A stretch of 64,000 nucleotides of DNA from Gammaproteobacteria bacterium (GTDB lineage Bacteria; Pseudomonadota; Gammaproteobacteria; JABABF01), in NCBI GenBank assembly GCA_965237805.1, contig OZ250153.1:192001-256000 (forward strand). The letters are read 5' to 3'. The notes beneath the pieces were generated by a model. The model was given only the letters and a program-made list of their open reading frames with translations. It ran no database searches and was not told the DNA's origin. Position numbers and translations under genes: made by a program. This document shows positions 60,326 through 64,000 of the stretch, one piece after another (within the stretch, counting starts at the first letter, position 1; the number at the start of each line of letters is the position of its first letter).

Positions 60326-60951
60326 AACAGGCCGAAAAACCAGCGCCGGCGCAATGTGCGACATCCTTGTAGCTGCTGCTGATAGCGGTCGGCGCGCTGT
60401 TGTAGCTTGGTCGAGGTGAGGCGCAACCAGCGCTTGACTTTGCTTTTCCAATGGCCGCGCTCATAGCCTCCCCAACCCTCGTGGTAGGCCAAGTAGAGAC
60501 GGGTGGCATCATTTGGCTGGAGCTTGAGGCGGCGCACACTCTGGTTGTGGTACCAGCCGATGAAATCCACCGAGTCGACGAAGGAACTGCGCGAATTGAG
60601 CAGCCGTGCGTTGCCGCTGTCACGATACATCTGCCAGGTGCCGCTCAGCGCCTGCGAATAACCTAAGGAATCCGACAGGCGGCGACCGGGGAAAATCCAA
60701 AGGATGCGCTTGCCGCGCGGCGGACGCGCCCGCGCCTTGAAAGCCGACTCTTGGTACATGGTGGCCATCAGCACTTCGACGGGGATGCCCCAGCGCCGGG
60801 CACTGCGCTTGGCCACCTTATACCAATGGCGCTTCTCAGTGAAGATGGCACATAAATCGTTGGGATTGGTGGGCGGCGACGGCGTGGCGCAAGCGGTGAT
60901 GCCAGTAGCCAAGCACAACAGTAGCACCAGCGCGCGCAGCTCAGCGGGCAT
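60322..60951 (-). CDS. Transglycosylase SLT-like lipoprotein
   Basis: Lipobox ITAC, NDLCAIF, MYQESAF..ARPP, GYSQAL..TW, LYLAYHEGWGGY. Confidence 0.85.
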   Translation of the reverse strand: MPAELRALVLLLCLATGITACATPSPPTNPNDLCAIFTEKRHWYKVAKRSARRWGIPVEVLMATMYQESAFKARARPPRGKRILWIFPGRRLSDSLGYSQALSGTWQMYRDSGNARLLNSRSSFVDSVDFIGWYHNQSVRRLKLQPNDATRLYLAYHEGWGGYERGHWKSKVKRWLRLTSTKLQQRADRYQQQLQGCRTLRRRWFFGLF

Positions 60952-62989
60952 CGTCGGCAGACTCCAGCAGGGCGAGAAAGCGGGCTTCATCGATCGTCTC
61001 GCAACCCAGCTCCCGCGCCGCATGCAGTTTGGAGCGGGCACCGGGGCCGGCGACAAGCCGCGTGGTCTGAGCGGACAGGGTAGTGCTCACCCGCGCCCCC
61101 AGTGCCTGCGCGCGTCGTTTGGCCTCGGCGCGCGACATCTTCTCCAGCCGGCCACTGAAGACCAGCACTTGCCCGGCCAGCGCCCCGGCCAGCACATCAT
61201 CGGCGGGTGGCGGCAGCAGCGTCAGCTCGGCCAGCAGCTGGTGCAGGGCTGTCTGCTGCGCTGGAGCGGCAAAAAAATCGACGACGGCACCAGCCACTGC
61301 CGGGCCGATAGCGGGCAGCATGCACAGATGCTCGGTATCGGCTGCTGCCAAAGCCTCTGGCGAGGGAAAGTGGCGCACCAGAGTCAGCGCTGTGCCGGAG
61401 CCCACGCCAGCAATGCCCAGCGCATACAAAAATCGATCCAAAGGGCGCTGACGGCTCTCTTCTATGGCTCCCAGCAGCCGCAGAACCGACTGCTGGCCGA
61501 GGCCCGGCAGCGCTGCCAGCTGAGCGCTGTGAGGCGCTAAGCGATAGAGCTGTGCCGCCGTCCGCAGGGGCAGGGCCGACGCTTCGTCAAGACGGGTACG
61601 CATGAGCCATGCGATCAACTCCGGCCCCAGGCCGCGGATATCCATCGCCGGACGCGAGACGAAGTGCAACAGGCTGCGATGCAGCTGTGCAGGGCAGACC
61701 AGCCCCGCCGGACAGCGGCACTCGGGGCTTGGGGCCTCGCTCTGCAAGGGCGTATCGCATTCCGGGCAGCGCTCCGGCAAGCGCACTGGCAATGCACCAG
61801 CGGCGCGCCGCTCGGGGTGCACCGCCACCACTTTGGGAATCACATCGCCAGAGCGACGCAGCGTGACGGTATCGCCGTGGTGCAGATCTAAACGCCGCAG
61901 CTCGGCGGCGTTGTGCAACGTGGCGCGGCGCACTGTGACCCCGGCGATCGACACCGGGCTCAGCTGTGCCACTGGGGTCAGCACCCCGCTCCTAGAGACC
62001 TGAAAGTGCACTTCAAGCAGCTGGCTCAGCTGTTCTTGCCCCTCAAACTTCCGTGCGATGGCCCAGCACGGTGCCCGCCCCGTCGCCTTCACTTGTCGCT
62101 GCTGCTGCAAGCGGTTCAACTTGAGCACCACGCCATCCACCTCCCAAGACAGCTGTTCTCGCTGCGCTTCCAGCTCGGTGCTGTAGGCGATGCAGGCCTC
62201 GATGTCGGCGCATTGCCGTCCCAGTGGCACAGCGGGCAAGCCCAAGGTGCGCAGCCACTCGATCAACTCGCTCTGTCGCGTGGGCGCGGCACCGTCTGAA
62301 ACCGCACCGATGCCGTGGCAGAACAGCCGTAGCCCGCGCTCGGCGCTGCGCGCCGGATCCAGCTGGCGCAGACTACCGGCAGCGGCGTTGCGCGGATTGG
62401 CGAAGGGCTGGCGTCCCGCCTCCAACAAGCGCCGGTTCAAGGCTGCGAAGTCCGCGCTGGCGATGCACAGCTCGGCGCGCAGCTCCAGCAGTGGCGGCAC
62501 ATCGCCGCGCAGCCGCAACGGCAGGGCACGCAGTGTGCGCAGATTGGCGCTGACATCCTCGCCGATGCGGCCATCACCCCGCGTCAGGCCGCGCTCAAAT
62601 ACAGCATCGCGGTAGCACAGGCTGACAGCGACGCCGTCCAATTTGGGCTCGCACCAATAGTCCAGTGCAGCCACTTTCAAGCGCTTTTGCAGGCGCTTGT
62701 CAAAGGCGTGCAGCGCTTTGTCATCGAAGGCATTGTCCAAGGAGAGCATCGGCTGCAAATGCGGGTGGCGAATAAAACCCTCGCGCGGCGCACCGCCGAC
62801 GCGTTGGGTTGGCGACTGGGCATCAACGAGCTGTGGGTGCTCGCTCTCGAGCTCGCGCAGGCGGGCGAGCAGGCGATCGTATTCGCTATCCGGCAGGCGC
62901 GGGGCATCGAAGACATAGTAATCGCGGTCGCAGTCTTCGATGGCGGTGCGCAAGCGCTCTGCCTCAGCGCGTAAAGTGTCCTCCGTCAT
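60941..62989 (-). CDS. ligA: NAD-dependent DNA ligase
   Basis: YY...P..PDSEYD, PMLSLDN, EPKLDG, TRGDG..GED, FANPRNAAAGSLRQLD, Zn finger, BRCT domain. Confidence 0.95.
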   Translation of the reverse strand: MTEDTLRAEAERLRTAIEDCDRDYYVFDAPRLPDSEYDRLLARLRELESEHPQLVDAQSPTQRVGGAPREGFIRHPHLQPMLSLDNAFDDKALHAFDKRLQKRLKVAALDYWCEPKLDGVAVSLCYRDAVFERGLTRGDGRIGEDVSANLRTLRALPLRLRGDVPPLLELRAELCIASADFAALNRRLLEAGRQPFANPRNAAAGSLRQLDPARSAERGLRLFCHGIGAVSDGAAPTRQSELIEWLRTLGLPAVPLGRQCADIEACIAYSTELEAQREQLSWEVDGVVLKLNRLQQQRQVKATGRAPCWAIARKFEGQEQLSQLLEVHFQVSRSGVLTPVAQLSPVSIAGVTVRRATLHNAAELRRLDLHHGDTVTLRRSGDVIPKVVAVHPERRAAGALPVRLPERCPECDTPLQSEAPSPECRCPAGLVCPAQLHRSLLHFVSRPAMDIRGLGPELIAWLMRTRLDEASALPLRTAAQLYRLAPHSAQLAALPGLGQQSVLRLLGAIEESRQRPLDRFLYALGIAGVGSGTALTLVRHFPSPEALAAADTEHLCMLPAIGPAVAGAVVDFFAAPAQQTALHQLLAELTLLPPPADDVLAGALAGQVLVFSGRLEKMSRAEAKRRAQALGARVSTTLSAQTTRLVAGPGARSKLHAARELGCETIDEARFLALLESADDAR

Positions 62990-64000
62990 CAAGTGCCGAG
63001 CTGCGCATCCACGGGCTGGGGGTGGCCAGCGCTGGCCACCGCCTGCTCCACATCGACACTGACCAAGCGCGAAACGCCCGGCTCCGACATGGTGATGCCC
63101 GAGAGCTGCCCCGCCCGCTCCATGACGATACGGTTGTGGGAAATGCAAATCAGCTGCACCTCCTTGGAGATCAGCTGCACCAAGTCGGCGAAGCGGCTCG
63201 CATTGAGATCGTCCAGCTGCGAATCCACTTCGTCGAGCATGCAGAAGGGTGCCGGGTTAAGCCGGAACAGCGCGAAGACCAAGGCCACCGCCGTCAGGCT
63301 TTTCTCGCCGCCGGACAGCTGGCGAATATTGCAATTTTTCTTGCCCGGCGGGCGCGCCAGCACGCACAGACCCGGCTCCCCACCGTCGTCGGGCTCGCTC
63401 TCCAGCTGCAAGACGGCCGTACCGCCACCGAAGAGCTGCGGGAACAGCTCGCCCAAATGCGTATTGACCGCTTGAAAAGCTTCGCGGAAGCGCCGCCGCG
63501 CCTCGCCGTCGATGCGCTGGATGGCACCCTGCAGGCGGCTCACAGCGGCACTGCCCTCCTCGTGCTGGCTGTCCAGATAATCCTTGCGCTCGAGCTGCTC
63601 TGCGTGTTCGGCCTCGGCGGCGAGGTTGACCGGCCCCAAGCGGGCGATACGCCGCTCGACCAAAGCCAGCTGCTGCGCCAAATCCTCGTCCTGTGTCGGC
63701 TCTGGCGGGACGCGCAACAGCGCTTCCAGCTCCAAGTCCAGCGCTGTCAGCTGCTCCGCGCAGGCGGATTGCTCGGCCCCGATTGCGGCCAAGCGCACGC
63801 GCTGCCCCTCGATGCCATCGCGCAACTCCCTCTGCTCGCGCTCGCTCAGCGTGCGGCGTTCGGCATTGCCCCGTTGCGCTTGCTCGACTTCATCCAGCTG
63901 GCGACGGCAGCGGTCGCGCTCTTGTTCAGCGCTGCGCACTGCTCGCAGCTGCTGTTGCAGCTGCGTTTCGAGTTGGGGGTCGTCTCCCTCCAGCTGCTCG
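62989..64000 (-). CDS. smc: Chromosome segregation protein SMC (3' part only)
   Basis: Coiled coil, GPVNLAA, ARPPGKK, LSGGEK, PAPFCMLDEVD, SHN, GITMSEPGVS. Confidence 0.95.
   Translation of the reverse strand, partial: EQLEGDDPQLETQLQQQLRAVRSAEQERDRCRRQLDEVEQAQRGNAERRTLSEREQRELRDGIEGQRVRLAAIGAEQSACAEQLTALDLELEALLRVPPEPTQDEDLAQQLALVERRIARLGPVNLAAEAEHAEQLERKDYLDSQHEEGSAAVSRLQGAIQRIDGEARRRFREAFQAVNTHLGELFPQLFGGGTAVLQLESEPDDGGEPGLCVLARPPGKKNCNIRQLSGGEKSLTAVALVFALFRLNPAPFCMLDEVDSQLDDLNASRFADLVQLISKEVQLICISHNRIVMERAGQLSGITMSEPGVSRLVSVDVEQAVASAGHPQPVDAQLGT

Noticed and set aside
1-64000. CRISPR arrays, tRNA/rRNA, IS elements, prophage, defence systems, REP-type repeats and known riboswitches
   Set aside because: None recognised by eye in any intergenic region or ORF. 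A covariance-model or repeat search could still find weak cases.

Overview
GC-rich (roughly 60-65% by eye) gammaproteobacterial chromosome segment whose genes and gene order resemble Pseudomonadales/Cellvibrionales (inference). It is mostly core genome: metH, sulfite reductase + DUF934, etfAB/ETF-QO, serA, tig-clpP-clpX-lon-hupB-ppiD, a gspC-N type II secretion operon, aroC, folE, gpsA, sdhCDAB-sucAB-lpd-sucCD, leuA, pssA-msrPQ, a small acyl-CoA/steroid-type catabolic cluster, an OprO/P-family porin, a FabY-like synthase, ligA and the 3' end of smc. I saw no CRISPR, tRNA, rRNA or mobile element. The most interesting signals lie outside the ORF list. (1) A 580-bp intergenic region holds a DnaA-box triad with the spacing of an E. 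coli DARS core, followed by a ~70-nt structured RNA candidate with its own promoter. (2) leuA has an unannotated Leu-rich leader peptide with attenuator hairpins. (3) Sharp 60-80-bp, ~30% GC, in-frame patches of foreign-looking codons sit inside lon and sucA. (4) CCWGG is strongly depleted while CTTGG/CCAAG is common. (5) There are signs of genome erosion: a frameshifted sdhD, two decayed pseudogenes, usual neighbours such as zipA and gltA missing from their loci, and divergent FolE/LigA. These fit, but do not prove, a host-associated lineage. All family assignments come from remembered motifs; no database search was run.
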